Shown here one piece after another: positions 1 through 10,226 of a stretch of DNA of 64,000 nucleotides. The DNA is taken from positions 3,906,001 through 3,970,000 of the forward strand of contig JBNRSN020000013.1 in assembly GCA_051313645.2 (NCBI GenBank), written 5' to 3'. Both the position numbers and the translations under genes were made by a program. The stretch's first letter is position 1; each line of letters begins with the position of its first letter. The stretch comes from Centroscyllium fabricii (Eukaryota). The notes under the pieces were generated by a model that saw only the letters and a list, made by a program, of their open reading frames with translations, was not told the DNA's origin and searched no databases.

Positions 1-1
1 G

Positions 2-1264
2 TACCAACATCTAGACCAACTGCTGGTAGCTCTGAACAGCAGAAGAAGGGATCCCACAGGAAGACAGAGAAGACGCAAGCGCTGGTGGGTTCGACCATGG
101 ATGACACCTGCTAGAAGGCTAGAACATGGGCACTACAACAGACTGCTGCAGGAGCTGAGGCTGGAGGATGAGAACTCCTTCACCAACTATGTAAGAATGC
201 CACCCCAGATGTTTGATGAGCTCCTCCAAAGGATCACCCCTGTCATCCAGAGGCAGCACACCCGCCTGAGACCACCCCTAGAAGCTGGACTGAAGCTGGC
301 CCTCACCCTCAGACACCTGGCTACAGGAGACGGGTACCCGACCCTCCACTACGACTTCAGATGTGGCAGGAGCAACGTGGGAGTGATCATCAAGGAGGTA
401 TGCCACGCCATCATTCAAACGCTAAAGGACGAGGTCATGCCACTGCCCCGGACCCAGGAGGACTGGAAAGCCATTGCCCAGCAGTTCCAAGACTGGTGGA
501 ATGTCCCTCATGCCCTGGGGGCCTTGGATGGCAAACACATAGCCCTCAAGAAACCACCCAAGTCCGGCAGTCTGTACTACAATTACAAGGGCTTCTTCTC
601 CGTGGTTCTGCTGGCCATGGTGGATGCTGATTATAAGTTTATCTGGATTGACACTGGTGGAGAAGGTCATCAATCTGATGGACAGATATTTGGGGCCTCA
701 GAACTGAGGGAATGCATCGATGACCACACCATCCACTTCCCTGACGACGACCCTCTGCCTAATGATGACAGAGACACGCCCTACTTTATCCTGGGAGACG
801 ATGCTTTTGGCCTCAGAACTTTCCTCATGAAACCCTACTCCAGGAGGGGTCTCAGTGATGAGATGATGGTGGCCAACTACCGAATCTCAAGGGGCAGACG
901 CGTGGTGGAGAATGGCTTTGGCATCATGGCCAGCAGGTGGAGATGTTTCCATGGAACCCTGGAACAACATCCAGATACGGTGCGCACCATGGTGGAAACA
1001 GCTGTCCTCCTTCGCAACCTCATGAGGATCAGGTTCCCTGCCATTGGAAACGCTGAGGTGGACCACGAGGATGACAACCACAACATCATCCCTGGAGCCT
1101 GGAGGGACGGCATGCAGATGCCCGCGGTTCCCTACCCCTATGCACGCAACAGAGACCATCAGGTGGCCAAGAGCCAGAGGGAGTACCTCACGGCTTACTT
1201 CAACAGTCCTGCAGGATCTGTTCCGTGGCAGGAGAGGTTGGCAGGACTGAACAAGCAAGTGTGA
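2..1264 (+). CDS. Harbinger (HARBI1-like DDE) transposase, 5'-incomplete
   Basis: Frame is open from base 2 (RRRKRWWVRPW precedes the ATG at 101). Motifs GALDGKH, YYNYKGFFS, LGDDAF and VENGFG are present, with no stops or frameshifts. Confidence 0.93.
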   Translation, partial: YQHLDQLLVALNSRRRDPTGRQRRRKRWWVRPWMTPARRLEHGHYNRLLQELRLEDENSFTNYVRMPPQMFDELLQRITPVIQRQHTRLRPPLEAGLKLALTLRHLATGDGYPTLHYDFRCGRSNVGVIIKEVCHAIIQTLKDEVMPLPRTQEDWKAIAQQFQDWWNVPHALGALDGKHIALKKPPKSGSLYYNYKGFFSVVLLAMVDADYKFIWIDTGGEGHQSDGQIFGASELRECIDDHTIHFPDDDPLPNDDRDTPYFILGDDAFGLRTFLMKPYSRRGLSDEMMVANYRISRGRRVVENGFGIMASRWRCFHGTLEQHPDTVRTMVETAVLLRNLMRIRFPAIGNAEVDHEDDNHNIIPGAWRDGMQMPAVPYPYARNRDHQVAKSQREYLTAYFNSPAGSVPWQERLAGLNKQV

Positions 1265-1399
1265 ATTACACAATGACAGTGATTGGACATTGCCTGTGAT
1301 TATGCTTAAATTGTGGTTAAATGGATAAATATGGATATGTATGCTAATTTGCATTAGCGTTCTCAAACATGTATAAGTTCAGATTTCTCCCCTCCCCCA

Positions 1400-1515
1400 T
1401 GTGTGATCTTTGCCGTTCTCTCTGTGTTACCTGACTAAAAGGGGCAAAAGCTCCGAAAGCTTGTAATTTAAAATAAAACCGTTGGACTTTGAAACTGGTG
1501 GTGTGTGACTTTTTT
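1400..1515 (+). mobile_element. Degenerate Penelope-like pseudo-LTR fragment inside the Harbinger
   Basis: CCTGACTAAAAGGGGCAAAAGCTCCGAAAGCTTGT...GTTGGACT...GTGTGACT resembles the pLTR at 7211-7298. Confidence 0.6.
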
Positions 1516-1644
1516 GATAAATTGAGACAGTATTAATTTGAAAGTTATGTTTATTGCGATAAATAAAGTCTTAAGCAAAAAAAGGAAACCAGGAATAAAG
1601 CAACATTTAAACAGCAAACAAGGATTATTTTTTGTAAAAAAATT

Positions 1645-1900
1645 TAAAACTCACATGTAACAACATATTTTTAGAACTAATATTAAAACAACAATTTTAT
1701 AAAACTCACATGTAACAACAAATTTTAAGAACGATTATTAAAACAACAATTTTATAAAACTCACGTAACAACAAATTTTAAGAACGATTATTAAAACAAC
1801 AATTTTATAAAACTCACATGTAACAACAAATTTTAAGAACTATTATTAAAACACCAAATTTTTAAAACTCAGAACAACAACTTTTTGGAACTAACATTTA
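1645..1900. repeat. AT-rich tandem repeat, about 55-bp unit, 4-5 copies
   Basis: Repeated AAACTCACATGTAACAACAAATTTTAAGAACGATTATTAAAACAACAATTTTATA between the two Harbinger genes. Confidence 0.85.
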
Positions 1901-1912
1901 ACAAATTTTAAT

Positions 1913-3403
1913 TCAGACCTCAAAGTCGGTCACATCACTGCTAAAATCAGAGAGGCTGACAACTACATCCTCCACTAGTGCAACCGTGTCTGGCTGTTGG
2001 CTTTCTGCTGCTGGACTGACGTTCCTGACCGTGGCGGCTTCACTGTGCCTGGAGGTTCCTGGCTGCTGATACATCCACGGCGTTTCCACTGGCTGCCAAG
2101 CAGGATGAACCACAGGCCTTGGCTGCCACTGCGACTGCTGCAACGGCCACTGGCCTTGCTGCTGGTAGGGTTGATTCCATGGAGGAGGAGGAGGAGGAGG
2201 AGGATACATGGGCAGGGTGGATGAGCTGAATGGTCTCTGTCAATAGCCAGCTGGTTCTGGTGCAGGTGCTCCTAGCGATGCTGCCTGGTGGGAATGCTGC
2301 ATTTCATCCATCTCCTTATCTGTGCTCGAGATGATCTGCCACATTTTGTCCCTCACCTCAATGTACCTAGCGGTGGACAATCGCTGAAATGCATGCCCCA
2401 TATATTCGGCGTACTTGAGGCGCTCCGGAAAGGGAACAGCATGAAGAGGGTGTGATTTAAGGATATCCAGCAGCTCCATCTGCCTCTCCCTTGACTTGCG
2501 AATATCCCCTGCAATGTCCTCCTCTTCCTCCGTTGCTGCCACTCTCCCCTTTCCTCCTCTGCAGCTGCAGCAGCTGGCGGTGGTGATGCAGGAGGTTGGG
2601 GTGATGGGGAACGGTGGCGTGGTGACATTAGCCTCCTGCAGGTCCACCTCATGATCCCTGTTCTCTGGATCTCCAGGAGCCGGCTGTGTGGTAGGAGACT
2701 TGAGGCACTGCACGTTCCGCCTGGTGACCTTGCTGATGTGCGGTACCAGGAACTGGAAGCGTTTCCAGATCCACTCCTGCCTTTCTGTCAGCTCCATCGT
2801 TCCCTGGCCACTCTTTGTAATCCTCATCTTCCCCACCTGCGTCCGCATGCTCTCAAAAAAAGTGGTCAGTGCCTTGACCTGCTTGCCCATCCTGTTGGCC
2901 AGGTCCTCCCACGCCTTGTTTTTACGGTCAGCGAAGCAGTGGTCCTCACGCCTCTTGTTAAAAATGAAGTCATGGGCTTCCAGAAAGAGGGCCACCTAGA
3001 ATAAAAGTAATATAGTTGTATACAAAATCAAATTGACGATAGTGATTATTAATAAAGGATTATCAGTTATAAATATATCAGTTACCTCCTCCTGTTCTTC
3101 TGAACTCAGGTTAGACTGGAGCCTCGCCTTCTTTGGCTTTGACCCCAGGGACACAGGGGATGGAGGAGCTTCCACCTCGGCAGCATGGTCGGCCTCGTTC
3201 TCGACCACGCCCGGCTGGTCTTCAAACTCCAGCGGGCGCTCCTCCTCTGTCGAGGGGAGATCTGGTTCAGCCACATGTGGTGGAGTGATGTGTGGAGGTA
3301 CAGCTGCTTCCCTCGGGCTGTCCTCAATCAGCTCTGGGGCGAGCTTGGTGGCTTTGCCGCATCCCTTGGCCTTGCCAGATTGTCCTGCTCTCCTCCTGTT
3401 CAT
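1913..3403 (-). CDS. Harbinger accessory MADF/Myb-SANT-like DNA-binding protein; 2 exons (3403-3086, 2995-1913) with one in-frame premature TGA at 2242-2240
   Basis: A phase-0 GT..AG intron (3085-2996) joins SSEEQEE to VALFLEAHDFIFNKRREDH...KNKAWEDLA...WIW (MADF-like). The frame continues past the TGA into the 2209-1913 ORF. Confidence 0.75.
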
Positions 3404-4016
3404 TTTTCTAAAGTGAAATGCATCCCTCAGTGACCTCTGACCTGGTCAATTTGCCACGGAAACGCTCGAATGCAGAAGAAGCGAGTGCGATGCAGCTACG
3501 AAGGATTAGAATGGTTCCCGAGGTTGGAACTTCGGTGGAAAGTTTTTGACAAGCAAAAACTTTCCTGCAGGTTAGAGGAACTCACGCGAAATGTACGAAT
3601 ATTTAGGAATCAACTAAGATTCATTTAAGAACTGCAAGAAACCGGGCAATTTTCGCAATCGGGACCATTCTGGATATTCCTGGCGCCAGTGAAAGCGGGG
3701 CATAATACTGCCTGCTGTCGAAGATCGTATGTGAATAATCTCACTCATCATCTAATCGTGCAATATTATTACAGTGTATAACATTGTAGCCTGGAACCTA
3801 TGGTGTGTGATGTGAGATGAACATGTTATGTGCATGTATGCTAATATATTTGAATATAATTTGTACACACATATAAGAAGCATTGACCTGGATTCTAAAA
3901 AAATCGAATTGCTTTCCCAAGTTAAGAGCTGTGCTCCTGCCCCACCCATATTGGTGGATCTTGGAGGCAGATTTTTTTAAATTCAGTCGGACTCAGTCGC
4001 AAGGAATTTGGAAAAA

Positions 4017-4415
4017 GAAAGGACAGACTTGCATTTAAATAGTGTCTTTCACAACCCCGGGGCATCCCAAAGCACTTCACAGCGAATTCAGTACCTTTTT
4101 TTGAAGTGTTGTCATTGTTGTAATGTCGGAAATGTGGCAGCCAATATGCACACAGCAAGCTCCCACAAACAGTAATGAAATACAAGACCAGATTTTTGTT
4201 TATTGGTGTTGGTTGAATATTGGCCAGGACTTTGGGGAGAATTCCCCTGCTCTTGTTTGATTAGCGCTCTGGGAAAGACGGCACCTCCAACAGTGCAGCA
4301 CTCCCTCAGTACCGTACTGATGTGTCAGCCTAGATTTTGTGCTCAAGTCTCTGAAGTGGGACTTGAACCCACGACCTTTTGACTCTAAGAGTGCTAGCAC
4401 TGAACCACGGCTGAT
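4017..4415 (-). mobile_element. tRNA-derived SINE (DeuSINE/SacSINE1-like)
   Basis: tRNA-like head with B box (GGTTCAAGTCC on -), central GCTGCACTGTTGGAGGTGCCGTCTTTC block and L2-like tail. Family recognised from memory. Confidence 0.7.
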
Positions 4416-4769
4416 ACCTAAATCCTGCAAAGAAATCATTTGACAGATAGTTCACTTCAGATTGCACAATTTGTTTACCAAGATGAGATTCAATTACAGA
4501 TGATTCATTGATCGCTCCAGAATGAGCCGAGAAGTAAAACAAACTACATTTCCAGATATGTCAGAATGTAATTATGCCTGAAAGAAATACTTCTGAACGT
4601 ATGATGAAAAATTACTTTTAACTCCTATGCACAGAGTGATGTGACCGAGCCAGACAAGCCGGTTTCTGCATCAACAGTTCCCAGTGTCTGATTGTCAACA
4701 CTGTATTTTACGAAAGCCATGAATTTGAAATATTGATCCCAAAACAATCCTGAACCAGATGAAACAATC

Positions 4770-5700
4770 GGGGAAAAATTGGGTTGTGTTCCGTTTGGGG
4801 CACTAACCTAGTAGCGCCCTGAAAAAATTAGCGCCGGTCCGCCGGAAATTGTGTTTTAGCGCCCCAAGTAGGAGGTGGGGCGCTACTCCAAGCGCCCCAC
4901 CTCGTTCTTTGGGCATTACCACTCAAGTTCGGGCGACTGCTTTCCGCAGCGCCACACTCTGCAGAGGGCCGCGCTGTGGTAACCGTTGTATGTACTATAA
5001 TTACCACCATAATATTGTATCCAATATTATCTGTATGTATAGCGGTCGGGTGCATGATGCAACTGTCCTGTGTTGCGACACTGTCGTGGGGCCAGGTCAG
5101 CCACACCTCTAACTCCTCCCCTCAGGTGAGTGCCTTATCGGTGGGGACTGACCGGCCCCCATTCATTCTGTACCTGATGTTCGATCGGAGCGTAGCTCCA
5201 TTGTAAGCTAATAAAAGCCTTGAGTTAAGGTAACTACTCGTCTTTAGTTTTATTAGATTATTGACGATACGTCACGCGCCACGGTAGTGCAGGCTTCACT
5301 CACCTGATTAAAGGAGAGTGGCCTAGCGCGGCGCGGCCCGGAGCCCCGTTGGACCGCCAGGGATCTGAATGCCACCAAAGGAGCCTGGCACTCGAGGGAA
5401 GTGCCGGGCTGATGGAGCACAGCCAGCACTCCGCGGTGGGGGGGGTGCATCGGGGAAGTGCCGGGCTGATGGAGCACAGCCAGCACTCCGCGGGGGGGGG
5501 GGGGGCATCGGGGAGGCCGGGAATTGGAGAGGGTGCAGGTGATGGCAGTCGGCCAACAAGAAAAATGGCCGCCCGGCAACCCCCCCTGTCGGTGACAGCG
5601 TCCGGCGGTATGGCAGCAGGCATGACTGAAGTTCGCGGCCGGGGCGCTGCGCATGGCGATGAAGTCATCGGCGGCGACGTCCATGATTCTAGAAATTCAA
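4770..5700. mobile_element. GC-rich non-autonomous DNA-transposon-like fragment hosting a solo LTR; contains a tandem duplication of about 55 bp (5395-5510)
   Basis: Abrupt GC-rich block in AT-rich flanks with a duplicated GGGAAGTGCCGGGCTGATGGAGCACAGCCAGCACTCCGCGG. Ends not resolved. Confidence 0.4.
4975..5274 (+). mobile_element. Solo LTR, family of Gypsy element A
   Basis: TGTGGTAACC...GATACGTCA, 300 bp, 5-bp TSD CGCGC, highly similar to 23530-23828. Confidence 0.95.
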
Positions 5701-5806
5701 GGATTTGTTGAACATCTAATTCACATTTCATTGGTTTTTTTCTATTCGGCTCTCTGATTTTCTCCTCTTTACTTTCGCTCTCTAGCAGCTTGCTACAGTT
5801 GCTGAG

Positions 5807-6095
5807 TGACGTATCATCAATAATATAAAGACGCGTAGTTACCTTAACTAAAGGCTTTTATTAGCTTTACAAAGGAGCTACGCTCCGGTCGAACAGGTAC
5901 AGAATGGATGGGGACAGGTCAGACCCCACCTATAAGGCACTCACCTGAGGGGAGGAGTTAGAGGTGTGGCTGACCTGACCCCGCGACAGTGTCGCAATAC
6001 AAAGCTGTGTATAGTGCACCCAGCCGCTATACATGCTGGTTGATATTGTGCATCAATATTACAGTGGTAATAAACATCATATAACGGTTACCACA
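5807..6095 (-). mobile_element. Solo LTR, variant of the A/C family
   Basis: Reverse-complement LTR of 289 bp with 5-bp TSD CTGAG. Confidence 0.93.
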
Positions 6096-6341
6096 CTGAG
6101 GTATGGTTCTATAGGCGCTGAAGGCCCTTCAGTACCTCAGTGAGTTTTGGCAAGCTATTTGACTTTAGAGACATCGCAGCGCAGACCAGTTAAGTTTTTA
6201 GTTGACTTGCCTGTGTGATGAAAATGAAGTATTGTTGTCTACTTTTAGTTTGGTTGCTATTCCTTTAAAGCCAGTCACAAAACATAATCTGGTTTAAAAA
6301 AACATTGTTGAAGTTCAGATCCCTGTACCAAACTTATTTTG

Positions 6342-7334
6342 CAAGAAGTCACACAACACCAGGTTATAGTCCAACAGTTTTATTTTAAATCACAAGCTTT
6401 CGGGGCTTCTGCCCCTTCATCAGGTGAAAGAGAAGCTGACTTAAAGAACGCACATATGGAAGGGAGAGAGAAATCTGATCTCACACATCTCACCTTAGCA
6501 GAGATAGACAGAGCACACAAAGGTGTATTAACATATTTTAACATATCAGTCTGAGATCAATGAGGCACAGTCACAAGGGGTCAAATGCTGCAAAACACAG
6601 AATGATTTAAAAAAAAAAAGGAATTTCCTCACAAGACAAAGATGTCTCCAGTCTGGATGACTACATCAGGCATGGTCACATGTAGCGTGACATGAAGCCA
6701 ATATTATGGTTGAGACCGTCCTCATGGGTGCGGAATTTGGCTATCAGCCTCTGCTCGACGATTTTGCGTTGTCGTGTGTCTCGAAGGCCGCCTTGGAGAA
6801 TGCTTACCCGCGATCGGAGGCTGAATGTCCTTCACTGCTGAAATGTTCCCCGACTGGGAGGGAACACTCCTGCCTGGCAATTGTTGTGCGGTGTCCGTTC
6901 ATCCGTTGTCGAAGTGTCTGCATGGTCTCGCCGATGTACCATGCTCCAAGGCATCCTTTCCTGCAACGTATGAGGTAGACAACATTGGTCGAGTTACTCC
7001 CTCACAGTCGGGGAACATTTCAGCAGTGAAGGACATTCAGCCTCCGATCTTTGGGTAAGCATTCTCCAAGGCGGCCTTCGAGTCACACGACAACGCAAAA
7101 TCGTCGAGCAGAGGCTGATAGCCAAATTCCGCACCCATGAGAAGGTGAGATGTTGGAGATCAGATTTCTCTCTTCCTCCCATATGTGCGTTCTTTAAGTC
7201 AGCTTCTCTTTCACCTGACGAAGGGGCAGAAGCTCCAAAAGCTTGTGATTTAAAATAAAACTGTTGGACTATAACCTGGTGTTGTGTGACTTCTTGCATT
7301 TGTCCACCCCAGTCCAACACCGGCACCTCCACAT
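6342..7334. mobile_element. Penelope-like element, inverted (palindromic) insertion with a GIY-YIG remnant
   Basis: 13-bp TSD CAAACTTATTTTG (6329-6341 and 7335-7347). The minus strand near 6990-6850 encodes NVVYLIRCRKGCLGAWYIGET. 6995-7140 is an inverted copy of about 6720-6870, and the pLTRs at both ends are inverted. Confidence 0.88.
6390..6427 (-). ncRNA. Minimal type I hammerhead ribozyme of a Penelope pLTR
   Basis: TCAC-CTGATGA-A-GGGGC-AGAA-GCCCC-GAAA-GCTT-GTGA: core CUGANGA/GAAA, 5-bp stem II, TCAC/GTGA stem I and a palindromic loop-less stem III. The copy at 7211-7248 has GAAA changed to AAAA. Confidence 0.7.
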
Positions 7335-8340
7335 CAAACTTATTTTGAAACAGGGTTGCAAGTTTTATCAGTTATAAGCTGGAAAGAAGATTAATTCAAA
7401 CTTAAAAATGCTCTGTAATGGATTCACTTTATATTCCTTTTTCAATTTGATTGGTTATTCAAAATCTAGGAAGTTCCAATAACTCTTCCAGGATAGAAGC
7501 CAATTTTGTCCAAACGGGGGGAATTTGGAAAATACCATGGGAGGAGACAGTCAGGAATCTTAGAGAAATGAGACCCTACCAGTTGGTTTGATATTCCTGA
7601 AAGAAAGGACGAACACTGCATATATTTGAAAGTTACTTAATTCATTCTTAGAATCGCAATTTTTAAATAGTTAATCCAATTGAGTTAATTCGTGTTTGCT
7701 GTAAATATCTAAGTATTATATCACGGTTCCTTATGTGCTTGTTCATCAATTGTAAAATAAATGTCCTTGATATTTTAAATTTAAAGCAATGTCTGATGTG
7801 ATGCTTTCAAAGACCAGAATCAAGGTATAAGTTCAGTAACTAAAAATATTATCAGGCAGGGTTGCTCATTTTTTCCTGGGAATGTTACTGAAAACCTGTC
7901 TCGATCATGAAGCTAATTAGCTGACATCAGCCAGCTGAGTGTTTGAAGCCAAGCCCTTCCTGCTCTATTTGGCTCAGTCCAGTGCCTCACCGTACATTTA
8001 TCCAATGTGCCATTGAAGCAAATTTAAATTCTTACAGACTCATTGATGCATGAGTCAACTACAGACATTGAACCTACACAAGAGCTTCTACTTGATGTGC
8101 AATGCGAGACAACCATGGGACTAATTGTCCCACTGACTGGCTGTCAAGTGGACCTTGCAGCCTTTAATTCACTGCAATCTCTTCTTTGATACAGTAGCGA
8201 ATATGTGATTTACAGCAGAAGTTAAAGAAAAAATCAGCAGAGCTTTACCTCTGCTGAGAGGTGCCTGTGCTTGGTTGCTTCCCTCAGGAGACTAAGCAAG
8301 TTGAGTGGAGTCCATGAAAGAACAAACTGCACATGGGGGT

Positions 8341-9002
8341 GGGGGGGAATTTTTCCGGAAGGGCGGGAACCTGGCGGGGATTGGTCTGGGCGGCTTCCGG
8401 TCCCGCCCGCCAACCAGCTGGGAAGCCCATGCAATTTTAGGTTAATGAGGTTGTTAAATCCCCGTCGGCGGGAGTAGGAGGTAATTAGGTGAATCGAGTC
8501 GGGCTGCAGCGGCAGCTGTGAGGACATGGTGAGAACTGAGATTGCTCAGTTTCTGTTCTCAGCTGATACTGAAGCCAGAACGGAGTTACTATCTCCTCTA
8601 AGGTGCTGGAGGCATGCCAAGCATTTGGCAGCATGTCCTTCACACCTTAAAGGAGAAAGTAATAAATTCAAGAAGTCACACAACACCAGGTTATAGTCCA
8701 GAAATAATAAACAGCGCTGTGCTCCCACTGGGTTTCACCCAGCGGGGTTTAAGGTGGCGAGGTTAGGGTGGGAAACACAGCAAAATGGCTGAGGGCCCTT
8801 AAAATAGCATTAAAGATGCCAATTAAGGGCCCTTAATGAGGTGACAACCCATCCCCGCCGGCCGGTGGCAGGAAGGTTTTGGGGCGGGGAAAAATGAGAA
8901 AGTGGTGGGGATACGGCGGGGAGGGGTGGGACCCGCCGATTCTGCTATTTTGCTGGCCGAGCCGCCCAAAACCCCGCCTCACGGGGACATGAAAATCCCC
9001 CC
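8341..9002. mobile_element. MITE-like element with G-rich TIRs
   Basis: Ends GGGGGGAATTTT / GAAAATCCCCCC. Shares subterminal sequence (GGGAACCTGGCGGG, CAATTAAGGGCCC) with 38318-40659. Confidence 0.65.
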
Positions 9003-9199
9003 TGTGTGCAGAACAAGGGTTTGAGGGCTGGGAGGGTCTTTCTCATTCTGTACTTTCTCATGGTCCTTTCCTCTTGAGGTATCTTTCAGCTTTCATTCAG
9101 TACGCAACTACAGGAGGATAGCGCACACTTCCTGCCTACACCACTTGACTTCTTGTCACTTTTTTGGTCACAACTTATACCATTATAAATGTTCATGTC

Positions 9200-9760
9200 C
9201 ACACTTATTATGGGATTTGCCGATACAAACTCATTGCTCTGATTGTGCAATTTGGCCCCTGGTTTGTGCAAGTCCAAATCATCTATAAAGACAGAGAACA
9301 AAATTAGACCCAACACTTAGCCCTCGTGCACACCAGTTTCAACCCTTCCCAAACTGAATAACACCTATTTACCCTCACTCTCGTATTCCTGTTAATCAAT
9401 CAACTTCCTATCCATGCTGCTACACTTCCTCCTCTGCAATACACATGAGATTTACTAACTAGCCTCTTGTGAGACACCTTATTGAATGACCTCTGAAAAT
9501 CCAGACAGTCCATTTACTGCATTCCCCTTATCGAATCGGCTACTGCAAAAAAAAACTCTCTTATTTTTGTCAAACACAACTTGCCTTTAACAGGCCTGTG
9601 CTGGCTGTTCCCGATTAACCCATGTATTTCTAAATGCTCACTAATTTTATCTCAAATTGTGGATTCCAAGAGTTTGCCTACAACTGGCATTAGACCAACT
9701 GGTCTATAGTCTTTTGAATTATCCTAAACCTTGCTTCTTGAGCAGAAGCTGCTCTCCAGT
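9200..9760 (-). mobile_element. Old degraded CR1 LINE RT fragment
   Basis: GLILFSVFIDDLD-like RT remnant with many stops. Confidence 0.6.
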
Positions 9761-10226
9761 TCAATGGCACAGCTTGTATTTTTGAAAAGCACTGGGACGG
9801 CTGGCCAGAGCCTCTGCTAACTCCTTTCTGACTTCATTCACCAGCATATGGTCCATGCTGTCGGGACCCAGGACCATGCACATTGAAGTAAGGGAAAATA
9901 AAATGCACTGATTCAGTCCATTTTTCAGCCCTTCCTGCCTTTCAACAAATAATCAATATTTAAAAGAAGTTCCAAATGTCAATATTTAGCACTTAAAGCT
10001 GAATTACCTTTCTGAACTCAACAAATGGGAAAACTGCCTCAGCACCACCACAAATGGCTCAACAAGCCAGGGAAGGGGACACCCAGGGTCTCGCATGCAG
10101 AATTCCAGTTTTGTGCAGGGGATCAACACTGCAAGACTGGCCCCCTACCCACAGGGGCCAGGAGGCCCTCCAGAAAGAACGACGTGAGAGTACTGTGGTA
10201 ACCGTTGTATATACTATTATTACCAC

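Larger units (their letters stand above)
1..3702. mobile_element. PIF/Harbinger DNA transposon with two convergent genes; left end lies outside the window
   Basis: DDE transposase on + and MADF/Myb-like gene on -, the typical Harbinger layout. Putative right end ...GTGAAAGCGGGGCA followed by TAA (3703-3705), consistent with a TWA target; the partner TIR is not visible. Confidence 0.85.

Noticed and set aside
2996-3403. 135-aa ORF with a hydrophobic C-terminus
   Set aside because: The tail is read-through of the AT-rich intron 3085-2996; the ORF is exon 1 of the MADF gene.
4480-4578. Exon-like segment on the minus strand (AG..GT flanks); similar candidates on + near 24590-24663
   Set aside because: Stops in all frames for the first segment and no recognisable protein for either; splice-like flanks alone are insufficient.
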